NCBI GenBank assembly: GCA_951406725.2
Contig: OX597823.1
Coordinates: 19,406,001 to 19,470,000, forward strand
Reading direction: 5' to 3'
From: Octopus vulgaris
Taxonomy: Eukaryota
DNA length: 64,000 nt
Shown piece by piece: positions 23,955 through 36,101 of this stretch; within the stretch, counting starts at the first letter, position 1, and each line of letters begins with the position of its first letter. The position numbers and the translations under genes are program-made. The notes under the pieces were generated by a model. The model did not search any database. It was given only the letters and a program-made list of their open reading frames with translations, and had not been told where the DNA came from.

Positions 23955-24091
23955 CTCTAATCCTAAAAGGTCAACACGGAATTTAGAAGAAGGAAGTTCA
24001 CTTGCATTCCATGATATGAAAACTTCGCTTCCAATTGTCCATTGACGGGGTTGCTCGCGTATTACTCGTGGTACTGCCATGGCAAAGTTTA
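23955..24091 (-). CDS. SUSD2/mesh-like exon (linker after IPT)
   Basis: Acceptor tttttcattctag and donor GAG|gtaagt; phase 1-0. Translates NFAMAVPRVIREQPRQWTIGSEVFISWNASELPSSKFRVDLLGLE. Confidence 0.8.
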
Positions 24092-25920
24092 CTAGAATGA
24101 AAAAAAAAAAACGGAGATATAGATTAGAGAAAGTTGAGGCAAGAAAAGATATTTTATCAAAGATTTTACATTCGCAATACTATATTTCTGAATGTCAAGG
24201 ATATTATATTCACAAAATATATTTTATAGTGTTGGGATCAATGAAGCAAAACTGTGTACATATACAATTAGTGAAAATGTGAATTTATCTCCAAATAAAA
24301 ATATATTTTATCAATAACATTAATACGACAACTTGTTAAATATAAATTTATTAAGCAAGGGACGCAACTCGGCTGAATCAAGGTAGGTAACTGCTTGTGC
24401 ACGAAGTGAAGAGAGGGGAGGCTCTCTGCTAGAAAAAGAAAGCGAATGTCCTTCAAATAAAATATCTGTCGCCTTAAGTAAGCTAGGGAGCATTAGATAA
24501 TATAGTTCTAAACACTCTTAAAAGGATAGGATAGTCATGGCTGGAATGGCTTTGATCATAGATTTATTTGTTCAATCAGGATAAACAAGTGATTACGAGT
24601 GACGGTTTTCAGCAGCGATAATACATCGTGATGGACTTTGGAAAAAAAGAAAAACTACCCTCCTTGCGACATCATAGTATAAGAGTTAATCTATAAGCAT
24701 TTATTTAAAATCAAAATGCATGGAAAAGGACACTCCAGTAACAGTATTATTACAAAAATAAATATTATGACACGCTGGGGTTAGAAACAAAAAACAAAAC
24801 AAAAAGGTTTACCATTTACTACTCTCCTCGAATCCTCAATCGGCTAAAAATAGTAGCTATTTCCAGTTACACTCTGCTCCACATTTGGCCATATCAATGG
24901 TATTGTGCTGCAAACTTCGTAAATTCGTTTTTGTCAGTTACGGTTGTGTATAGGTTACTTGCATTGACGAAAACGGTCCACACACCGCTTCTTAAAATTT
25001 CTTTCATCTAGTTTTCATCAAGCCAGTGTGTGTGTGTGTGTACACATACGTACGGTGTTATGTAAGAAATGAAGTCCTAACAATTTCTTTAGGACAATGC
25101 TCTGTAAGCAGTATGCTATTTTTTATTGCCCACAAGGAGCTAAACATAGAGGGGACAAACAAGGACAGACAAACGGATTAAGTCGATTACATCTACCCCA
25201 GTGCGTAACTGGTACTTATTTAATCGACCCAGAAAGGATGAAAGGCAAGGTCGACCTCGGCGCAATTTGAACTCAGAACGTAGCGGCAGACGAAATACGG
25301 CTACGCATTTCGCCCGGCGTGCTAACGTTTCTGCCAGCTCGCCGCCTTCTCCGTAACCAGTATGCAGCGGCATACTAGTGTGCCACGAGACGATGTTAGG
25401 TGTGCCGCAGTGTAATCTGAATATAATTTTTTACCCCATATTTTTTAGTTCGGGTATGCCGCCGAATTTTGAGAAGAATAGGCATAGGAGTAGCTGTGTG
25501 GTAAGTAGCTTGTTTACCAACCACATGGTTCCGGGTTCAGTCCCACTGCATGACACCTTGGGTAAGTGTCTTCTACTATAGCCTCGGGCCGACCGAAGCC
25601 TTGCGAGTGGATTTGGTAGACGGAAACTGAAAAAAGCCTGTCGTGTGTGTGAAGATGTTTGTCCCCCCAACATCACTTGACAACCGATGGTGTGTTTACG
25701 TCCCCGTAACTTATTGAATAAGTACTAGGCTTACAAAGAATAAGTCCTGGGATCGATTTACCCGACTAAACGCAGTGCTCCAGCATGGCCATAGTCAAAT
25801 GACTAAAACAAGTGAAAGAGCAGAGTACCGCAAGAGAAAAAGGGTTGCGGAGCACTGCTTAAGGAGAAGGCTAACATTGGATATTGTAATTGACATACGC
25901 TTATAAATTGTATATATTCT

Positions 25921-26312
25921 AGGCCTGATCAATAAGTATCCGGACTGTTGCCATAGTAACGAAGTTAAAGCACGCAGAGTGAAACCGCTTGGTACAAATT
26001 TACCTTGAACCCTGCTGTGCATGCGCACAACATTTTAACATTCTAGCTCACTTCCGCTGTTTACAGCAGTGCTTGGAAGGAAGGTGTGTAGCGTGTGATC
26101 GTCGCATTGACCAGCACACAGATAGTTGTCATGGCGATATCTGCTCAGAGGCCTACGCCAAGTTGCAGAAAGTGTATGGAGAGGAGTGTGTAAGCCGCAC
26201 ACAAGTGTACGAGTGGTTCAGACGTTTCCAAGATGGCCAAAAAAAATGTCACTCTGCATGCTTTAGCTTCGTTACTATGCCAACAGCCCGGATACTTGTT
26301 GATTAGACCTCG
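25921..26312 (+). mobile_element. internally deleted mariner element
   Basis: About 60-bp imperfect TIRs; internal peptide SEAYAKLQKVYGEECVSRTQVYEWFRRFQDG resembles the mariner transposase N-terminal HTH. Confidence 0.85.
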
Positions 26313-27025
26313 TATATGAGTTTAAATGTGATATTGTGTTCTTTACCCACTAGATTGTTGTACTTGTTCGGAGGCGCAATGGCCCAGTGGTTAGGGCAGC
26401 GGACTCGCGGTCATAGGATCGCGGTTTCGATTCCCAGACTGGGCGTTGTGAGTGTGTATAGAGCGAAAACACCTAAAGCTCCACGAGGCTCCAGCAGGGG
26501 ATGGTGGTGATCCCTGCTGTACTCTTTCACCACAACTTTCTCTCACTCTTACTTCCTGTTTCTGTTGTACCTGTATTTCAAAGGGCCGGCCTTGTCACTC
26601 TCTGTGTCACGCTGAATATCCCCGAGAACTACGTTAAGGGTACACGTGTCTGTGGAGTGCTCAGCCACTTACACGTTAATTTCACGAGCAGGCTGTTCCG
26701 TTGATTCGGATCAACCGGAACCCTCGTCGTCGTAACCGACGGAGTGCTTCCTCCCCCTGTACTTGTTCATCACAATCAGTTATATAATGTTTTTCATGCG
26801 ATCACAGCTTCTACAATGTCGAGTTTACACGATGAGATGTTTATTGTTTGCGTTTCTGTCGACGCAAATGAATTTACTCGTTGCTATTTGTCTGGAGATC
26901 TGTTCAGATTGAACAGTTCTATGGAACAAAAGCATTAAGAACAGCTCTAAAGTCTTTAAATGTTCTTTTTGTAAAACTAACAAATATACTTGTGTGACAA
27001 TCACCGAGTCACATTGCATTGAAAA

Positions 27026-27189
27026 GTGCAGGAGTGGCTGTGTGGTAAGTAGCTTGCATACCAACCACATGGTTCCGGGTTCAGTCCCACTGCGTGGCAT
27101 CTTGGGCAAGTGTCTTCTGCTATAGCCCCGGGCCGACCAATGCCTTGTGAGTGGATTTGGTAGACGGAAACTGAAAGAAGCCTGTCGTA

Positions 27190-27238
<49 letters not shown>

Positions 27239-27440
27239 ATGTGTGTGTGTTTGTCCCCCTAGCATTGCTTGACAACCGATGCTGGTGAGTTTATGTCCCC
27301 GTTACTTAGCGGTTCTGCAAAAGAGACCGATAGAATAAGTACTGGGCTTACAAAAGAATAAGTCCCAGGGTCGAGTTCATCGATTAAAGGCGGTGCTCCA
27401 GCATGGCCGCACTCAAATGACTGAAACAAGTAAAAGAGTA
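27026..27440 (+). mobile_element. SINE family A
   Basis: Full-length copy. Confidence 0.9.
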
Positions 27441-29919
27441 ACTAATCGGATCTTAGCTCGCTTGAATTAAAGATAACTTTCTTTATTGGCCACACAGGGC
27501 TGGACATAGAGGGGACAATTACAAATGCAGAGCTTTTCTTTTCGGAGATGGAAAAGGAAAAAGAAGAAAAAAAAAAAAGAAACATGTAAAATTTCGATCA
27601 AAAGGGATCGTGTATCACAGAAAGAAAAAAAAAAATTTTTTTTCAAAGTAACAAACAAGATTAGGTTCATCCGTGGAAAGAAAAGCCTACAGAAAAGACC
27701 ATGGTAACCTCAGGCAGGGAGGAAATAAACACACGAGAGCAAAGTGCTCTCTCTCTCTTTTACGATTTACAGGATCATGCTCAAAGTGGTTTCGTCAATC
27801 GCACGCACCATCTTTGCTACATTCACCCACCTTTTTTTTTTAAACTTTCACGAGACAAAACCTGCCTCTCCATTCTCACCTTCCTTTTCAAGTGGTACTT
27901 GAAAAAGTTGATGAGCGATTGGCCAGAGAGCTAAGTGTTTGTCTCTAATCCTTTCGCTCGAGTCCACCACACACATTCTTTCACCATAGCCACCAGTACG
28001 ATGAAGGCAACTATCTGAATGTCAATGTGGCTTCTATATTATTTACCAAATTTGGTATTACCAACAAAGAACATCACTGGATAATAAATAATGGTGAAGT
28101 TTGGCTGTCTTAAATTCATTAAGATAATTAGAAGTTTTCACGAGCTTATGACGGTCTATATTACAAATAATGGTAACAAATTCACAGCGTTTAATGAATC
28201 AAATTATGATAGACAGGGCGGTACATTTAATCTCGACATAGTTCAATATTTTATTCAGGCCAATGCTTAATGACATTTTCTCAAACAATGATCTTGGTAT
28301 ACAAACCAAACCTAGAATTAAGTGGAAATTCTACAACCCTAAATGGCTATAGTCTGTCATAAAATTTAGATGTTCTAAAACAGTACTTCAGTTTTATAAA
28401 ACTGTAATTAGATGTACGATTCTGTTCAAAAAAGACAGTCGCCTATCAAAAATTAACACATACCACTAACACATCAAATGCCGAAGTTTTCTTTCAGATT
28501 ATGCCAAGGGAAGTGAATAAATGACCTTGTATTTAAGTATATCAAAAACCCCTGTAATCAGTAGACGAATTTACTTAAAGATATACATATACTGAAGAAA
28601 CATTGTGAAAAAAAATTTTTTTTAACGTGGCTAGGCGTAGGCGTGGCTGTGGCAAGAAGCTTGCTTCTCAACCACAAGGTTCCGGGTTCAGTCTGTGGCA
28701 CCTTGGGCAAGTGTCTTCTACTATAGCCTCGGGCCTTGCAAAATATTTGGTAGGCGGAAATTGAATGAAACCAGTCGTGTATATAAATAAATAGATGTGT
28801 GTGTGTGTGTGCGTGTATCTGTGTTTGCCCCCCTCCACCACCGCTCGATAACCGGCGTTGGCGTGTTAACGTCCCCGTAACCTAGAGGTTCAGCAAAAGA
28901 GATCGATAGTATAAGTGTTAGACTTAAAATTAATAAGTACCAGGGCCGATTCATTCGACCAAAAATTCTTCAAGGCAGTGCCCCAGCACGGCCGCGGTCT
29001 AATGACTGAAACAAGTAAAAGATAAAAGAATCAACAACCATTATTCGCCAAACGTCAGTTGGAATAAAGAGCTTAAAATTCACAAGATGAAAGTTACCCC
29101 CAAGACCCTTCTATCTATCGCATAACTGAGAATCCTGAACGATATAATTTAGTTGTAGAAACTATAGGCAATTGATTCTTCTTTCACACACAACATTTAT
29201 GATTTTATCACAATTGGCAAACAACGACATTATTGGTTAAAGGTTTCCAGAGGCTAATTATAAGGTGGTAAGAAAAACAAGGAAATGTTACACGCTGAAG
29301 AACAAATATCGCAAACGACTTCGTTCGACAATCAATGGATCGGGAGTTTTATTGCGGCTGATATCCACAAAAGATTGCACACACGCACACTGGTAAATTT
29401 CCTGAAGTGCATACATTTAAGTGGAGACAACATACTTCAGTTGGTAAGCTGGAGAAAAACATTTATCAACGGCAACGAAAATTACCCATAAAAAAAATGG
29501 CAAGGGGGAGAACTCAGAAAATTTCAATTGACTAAAAACTAAATAATACTGTGCAGATGTCGATGGCCCTATATTTTAAAGCTAAACTAACTACGAGCAT
29601 GCTCTTATTAGGCTTCTTCAGCGTAGTATATAGTCAACACACAGACTTACTAGATCACAAAATGTCTTGGTGAAACATCAATGTTGGAAAATACGCTAAA
29701 GGTGTAGTAACTATACGTTCTTCTGCAGAAGGCATTCTTGGGAAATTTTTCAATGTCATTATCTTAAACTGTACTTAACTACACACACACATACACACAA
29801 ACACGTCTGTATGTTCTCTTCTGCTTTTAATTATTTAAATCTTCATCTGAGAAAGGAGTTGGTTTCTAACAAAAATACAAAGCTCCATCGTTGGAATGTA
29901 AATTCCAAAAACAATGTCA

Positions 29920-30470
29920 CATTTTAAACTTGAGGAAAGTCTTGCATATTTTTACTGTTCCACTTACGGATTGTATTTGCAACGCGCGAATTTGTTGGTT
30001 GATTTCTTTTTCTGAAAACCCTAGCTTATCCAACTTGCCAATTAGGCACTTAGTCACAAAACCAAGTGCACTAATTATTATTGGTATAAATGTAAATTTT
30101 TTTTTAAGTGAATCTAGAAGCTGGAGGTTTTTTGAAACAGTTGTCCATTGTAACCTTCTTTCTCTTAGATTTTCAAAGAGTTCACATCAGCAGGACAGCT
30201 GACCTCTATGACGGTACTTACTTTTTCCTGTCTGTCTAAAACAACAACATTCGGCCTGTTATGCTTACACTTGACAGATGTTTTCATGGGAATATTCCAC
30301 TAGTGTTTCTAGTTCCGATGTTTGTGTATGTATTCAGGAAGAGGGTGGGGTTCTCTAAATTTATTCCAGGATAGTCTTTTCCTCGAGTGGCATTATATAT
30401 CGTTTTTGTGACGACTTCGTGTTGCAGAAGGAGGTAGTAGCTTGATAACATTTGGGGGGAACTGCTAGTC
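29920..30470 (-). mobile_element. degenerate RLE-type (R4/Dong/NeSL-like) non-LTR retrotransposon endonuclease fragment
   Basis: Frameshifted translation QHEVVTKTIY...WNIPMKTSVKCKHNRPNVVVLDRQEKVSTVIEVSCPADVN...FIPIIISALGFV matches the RH...RPD..D/E..P...EK..Y restriction-like endonuclease pattern. Confidence 0.75.
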
Positions 30471-31390
30471 ACGAGTTTAATAATTTTTTTCAGTTTTGCA
30501 TAATTTGTTATAAAAAATATTATCAGATTCAATAATAAGATGTTTTATCTTTCCATTTTTTCATTTTTTGACGTTTTGTTTTATTGATGGTTAAACAATT
30601 TTTTTTAGTTGAGGAAGATAACCAAAAGTACCGATATTTCTCGTAAAACGGAGTGAGATAACCAAAAACTGCCTGATGTTTTCCAAAGAAATATGACAAT
30701 CTACATTTTCAGTCGTATCTCGAAGCTCATTGCTATTGGATTGCAAACGCATAACCTCCGAACTGTGAGGTGATGTTGCGGTCACGAGTCTTCGAGACTT
30801 CGCTTCATGTTGCTATTACTGTTTTCAAGTTTTCGGGGGAACATACCCAAACATCAGTAATTTTGGTATTCTAAGCGTTTAACATCTAGGTCTTCTTAAA
30901 GGTATGTTAGACCCACTATTTTGGGGTAGTATGGGAGGTCATCCGGAAGAGAGTGCTTGGAGAGTTTCGACTGCCATAATATTCTAAGCCTGGCATGCAT
31001 GTATGCATGTACGTTTTCACTCCAGGTTACCACTTTCACCCTCCGCAAAAAATCCCAAATTTTATTTAAGTTGCTTTGCGGGAAGGACTGTTTCAATGAA
31101 GTCGCGTCTTGTCCTTACCTTCGGAACACGGAGTAGACGAAACAGAGACAACTGAAGAAGGGGAGTATTCTTTATGTTGTATGTCTCGTTTCTCTGTTTT
31201 TTTCGTTGTTCAAAAAAAAGTTCGTTTCTATGTTTTTGTTTTTACGTTTTCGTTTCTCATTGTGTTCAACGTTTTTTTGATGTCCTGTACCCATATATGC
31301 ATGTATATATACATATATATGTATGTATATACATATATGTATGTATGTATGTATGTATGATGTATGTATTTATATATTTATATTATTATA

Positions 31391-31801
31391 CTAGCAGTAT
31401 CGCCCGGTGTTGCTCGGGTTTGTAAGGGAAATAACTATATAAGCATTTTTAGAGAGTTATAGCCAAAAAAATAGCAAAAAATGCATTAAAAATGGAAAAA
31501 AAATGATAGTAAATTTTTTTTTAAATCGTTGACTCATCGTAGACATTTTTAGAGAGTTACTTCCCTTATATAATAGCGAAAAAATGCATTAAAATGGGAA
31601 AAAATGATGGTAATTTTTTTTTTAAATCGTAGACTCATCGTAAGGCTCGATATGAATCGTAGACTCATCAGAAGGGCTCGATATGAATCACGACTATAAG
31701 ATACCCGGTTTTGGTTAAACTGCACCGCAAAATGTGGGAGTAGTTAGGAATCTAAATCGTAGGAGACAGACAGCACACAACCTCACTTTTATATATAAAG
31801 A
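31391..31801 (-). mobile_element. non-autonomous Helitron with internal duplications
   Basis: Same termini and body as 17633-18028; internal segments are repeated. Confidence 0.85.
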
Positions 31802-33436
31802 AGATATACGGACACACGTGCTAGGTCAATCTAGATTTATTTTTATTTATTTATATCCACCAGAAGAATTTTGGTGCAAGGGGAATAACTGCGATGTTGA
31901 ATAGCAACTAAAACAGCTATTTTACAGGTCACGTCAGTGAGAGAGAGAGAGGAGGGGTGACGGTGACGACGACGGCGGCGTCGGCGGCGGCGGCGACTGC
32001 ATGCACATGCGTCTGGCTGTGGCGGGTGTTACAAGGTGGAGAAAGAGAGAAAGACAAGTTAAACAAGGTGGCAAGTACATCACTGATGGAAAAAGATGGG
32101 TGGATGATGGAAGAGATAAATGAGGTCAGAGAACTACGATGGAGAGAGAGAGAGAGAGGGGAGGGGTGGTGGTGGTGGTGGTGGTGGCGGCGGCTGAGAG
32201 CAGTTGTAACAGAAAACATGTAAAAAAAACTGAAAAACAAGGTTTAGTACGCCGATCTGGCTCACACAACATGTTTCGCAGATACGCCAGCAGATAGAGG
32301 GTGTGGCTCCCCTAAATAAATAACCCACACTAGCCTTGTTGTACGTAATGAGATAATCATTTGTTTGTTGACAAATAAATAGTCTACCATAAAACTTGGC
32401 TTTGGCTCGTCAACAAAATATGAGAGATAAGCATTCCGTTCACCTCTCTCTCTTCTCTCTGCGGTGCAGGCATTGAGTCCGTATTTATGGACGCGTGCGC
32501 GTTTGCACAGACACACGTTAATAGAGGTACACGCGCAAATGAATATATATATATATAGAGAGAGAGAGAGGGGGGAAGGAGGGGGGCACTACATTTTGAA
32601 ATGTTGAGTACATTATATTGTATCAGTAATCTTGTGAAAGAATAAACACACGAGGGTATACATACACACACACACACACATATATATATACATACATATA
32701 CAATTGTATGGGGGTAATCTATATTTTTGTTTTTCATTTTTCCTGCTCGCTTACGTTCATGGTGTGCTAAATTTTTCTTGAGAACAATTCTTGCGGATAA
32801 TTCCTGGGATCGATGTGGTCGACTAAAGGCAGTGCTCCAGCATGGCCGCAGTCAAATGACTGAAACAAGTAAAAGAGTATATATATACTCCAGAGTATAT
32901 ATATATATATATATCCAGCGGTGGTGCCCCAGCATGGCCGCGGCCTTCGGGCTAAAACATTTTTAAGGAATTATATATATATATATTAGTCAATAGACAA
33001 CATGCTAGGCCACTGGTAGTGAAATTTCTAAAAAAAAATATTCGCTACTCTATATATTCTTTTATTCTTTTACTTGTTTCAGTCATTTGACTGCGGCCAT
33101 GCTGGAGCACCGCCTCGAGCAAATCGACCCCGTGACTTATTCTTTGTAAGCCTATTTCTTATCTTATCGGTCTCTTTTTGCCGAACCGCTAAGTTATGGG
33201 GACGTAAACACACCAGCATCGGTTGTCAAGGGACAAGCACAGACACACAAACATATACACACATATACATATATATATACATTTATACGACGGGCTTCTT
33301 TCTTTTTCAGTCTACCAAATCCACCTTTGGTCGGCTCGAAGCTACAGTAGAAGAAAGACACTTGCCCAAGGTGCCACGCAGTGTGACTGAACCCGGAACC
33401 ATGTGGTTCGTAAGCAAGCTACTTACCACACAGCCA

Positions 33437-33486
<50 letters not shown>

Positions 33487-34027
33487 TGTGTGTATGTTAG
33501 TTTTTATGTATATATGTATACATACACATATGCAAGTGTATGTGTGTTTGTAAGTATATACAAGCATACGTGTACGTTTTGAGTATAAAAAAAAGCACAA
33601 GAGGGAAAGTACTCAATACAGAGGTAGCGTGTTTTGTTGTAGTGCTCAAGTCGATCTTTTACTCTCCATTTACACAACACACACACACACACGCACTGTA
33701 TGGGAAAAGGAAAATCGCAAAACACATGATACATTCTGTAGAACACATTAATATTTATCCATTTATTTATTTCTTCTTTGGCGACATGAATACTATTAGA
33801 AGTTTGTATGTGTGTGTGTTTGCTCGACTATCTATGTTTCTATTTAAGACTTTTTTCTTTATATCTTTATTCTAGTATATATGACTGTCTATCTGTCTTG
33901 TTTACCTAGCAGTCTACCTCTGTGTGTGTGCATTCACGCACGTATACATGCGCATGTATCATACACACCTATTTATCCATCTGTCCATTTCCTATTTTTA
34001 TATGTACTTATGTATGTATATAAATGT

Positions 34028-34044
34028 TTGTCTTTTTGCCCACC

Positions 34045-34098
<54 letters not shown>
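34028..34098. repeat. (TA)n microsatellite (one of dozens of TA/CA/GA tracts)
   Basis: Direct reading of the sequence. Confidence 0.95.
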
Positions 34099-34103
<5 letters not shown>

Positions 34104-34188
34104 TAATCCAAACATGAAAACACAACAACGCGAGGACGTGGAACAAATATAGTATTATTGGACGCTCAGGAAGGAAGGAAGAAGGAGG

Positions 34189-34223
34189 GTTTAACGTTTC
34201 GAGCGGAGCTCTTCGTCAGAAAC
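34189..34223 (-). ncRNA. minimal type I hammerhead ribozyme motif
   Basis: Minus strand reads gttt-CTGACGA-a-GAGC-tcc-GCTC-GAAAC-GTT-aaac. Intact core, stem I gttt/aaac. Confidence 0.72.
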
Positions 34224-34369
34224 ATAGGAAAAGGAAAGATCCAGAGAAGGGAAGACGGAGGGGAAAAAAATCACCAAAACGGTAAACACGCAGTCACATT
34301 TTGAATGTGTGTGTATATATATATATAATCGAACTCAAATATTTACATCTATTTAACCATTTTACACCC

Positions 34370-34415
34370 TCTCTGATGAAGGGATATCCATAATATCCCA
34401 GAAACAGCTGTAAGA
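34370..34415 (+). ncRNA. minimal type I hammerhead ribozyme motif
   Basis: tct-CTGATGA-a-GGGATAT/ATATCCC-a-GAAAC-agct-GTA-aga. Intact core, 7-bp stem II, palindromic loop III (AGCT), short stem I (tct/aga). Confidence 0.75.
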
Positions 34416-34493
34416 CTTTATTTATACCTTTTTCCTTATAAATGTTCTGAGAACTCCACATAGACATGACTTTGTTTTGTTAACTCATTTTGC

Positions 34494-34555
<62 letters not shown>

Positions 34556-36064
34556 TAGTAGAGTTAGAGGTTGGAATAACCGTCTAAGGGATAAAAAACT
34601 ATCCGTTTTACTTCCGGTATAATTACCTATGTTAACCTTGGGCATACATATGCAAGCATATTACGCTCATAGGTTACAGGTAATGACAAAGATATCCATG
34701 GGTTTATCAGGAATCAAATTTAAAATTAAAAAGGAAATGGAGAAATAATGATCAACAATTGACTAACATCAATTATTACTTTTTGATTCAAATAGACTTT
34801 ATCCCATCTATTCATCTATCTATCCACAAACGAGAGAAGGGCGCTCAACATTTATTGGGAGTTATATGTATGGACCAAACAGTTTGATCCACACACACAC
34901 GCGTCTCAACTTCGCCTTTCGACCTCCCTGTTCGTTAAAATTAAGTACCTATTTCTTTACTACCCACAAGGGGCTAAACATAGAGTGGACAAACAAGGAC
35001 AGACAAAGGGAAGAAGTCGATTATATCGACCCCAGTGCGTAACTGGTACTTAATTTATCGACCCCGAAAGGATGAAAGGCAAAGTCTACCTCGGCGGAAT
35101 TTGAACTCAGAACGTAACGGCAGACGAAATACGGCTACGCATTTCGTCCGGCGTGCTAACGTTTCTGTCAGCTCGCCACCTTAATTAACGTTAATTAAGT
35201 ACCGACCAAATGCCAATGCATTCCATTTAATTGGCTTCACCCCATCCCACCAAAACGGCTGTCCTTCGCCCTGGTGGCAAAAAAAAAAATTATCAGAAAC
35301 CAAGAACCATTATTAAGAGTTCAAATTCTATCAGGGTGAAACTGGATCTGTCAACTTTGCCTTTCATTCCTGTGGGCTTGATAAAATAATCTACCAAGAA
35401 TCAGTGAGCTTTACTTGTTCCTATGGCATTGTTTTTACAGCTGGGCATGATGGTGGTGGTGGTGATTACGCTTAGCCACTCAACCATAAAGCAAGGAGTG
35501 GAACGTGATTGTTTTTCTTCTTCTTGTTTTCTTTCCTAATGAAATACACAGACCCAGTGTTGCAATAGATTTTTTAAAATATCCAAGAATTTGAAATGTT
35601 TAGTAAAATGAACAAAACAAAAACAAAAAAAAAAAAAACCTCCCAAAAAACTTCTTAGTTCGTTCCAAGATACATCTAACAGATGTTCTGGAATGCAACA
35701 TCAGACAAGTTTCGTGGGGGCAGGGAGTAGGGGGGGGGTGCAGGGTTCGAGTATTTCAACATCCGGCCTCATCAGCCAAGTTGACCCAAGTGGGGGTCGA
35801 TCAATTCCCAGCTTACAGTTCAGGAGAAGCAAATCACCGCTCCACCCGTTTCATCCAAGGCCATCTAGTGGCCTCCCCTACAGGTTCAGTGGCGGAAATA
35901 CATGGACCGGCTCTTTGCTGCACCGGGAGACCTTGGCAGCCTGTTTTTAATTGGTTTATATAACGTGCCCACCAACCTTGGAATCTGCACTGCTATACCA
36001 GTTCCTGGTACATGGTGAACTTCCTCTGAAGAGTCTCCTACTTTTCCTCTTTCCAGGAGTGCGT

Positions 36065-36101
<37 letters not shown>

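Noticed and set aside
24813-25007. Candidate minus-strand exon
   Set aside because: The frame I tested has an in-frame stop and no domain similarity, and the 58326 exon already joins 24091 in phase.
26370-26445. Functional tRNA gene
   Set aside because: It is the A/B-box head of a SINE family with several copies in this window and does not close a proper cloverleaf.
31957-32223. Poly-Ala/poly-Trp ORF
   Set aside because: It derives from (GGC)n/(GGT)n simple repeats; no coding evidence. The region is kept only as a promoter-like candidate.
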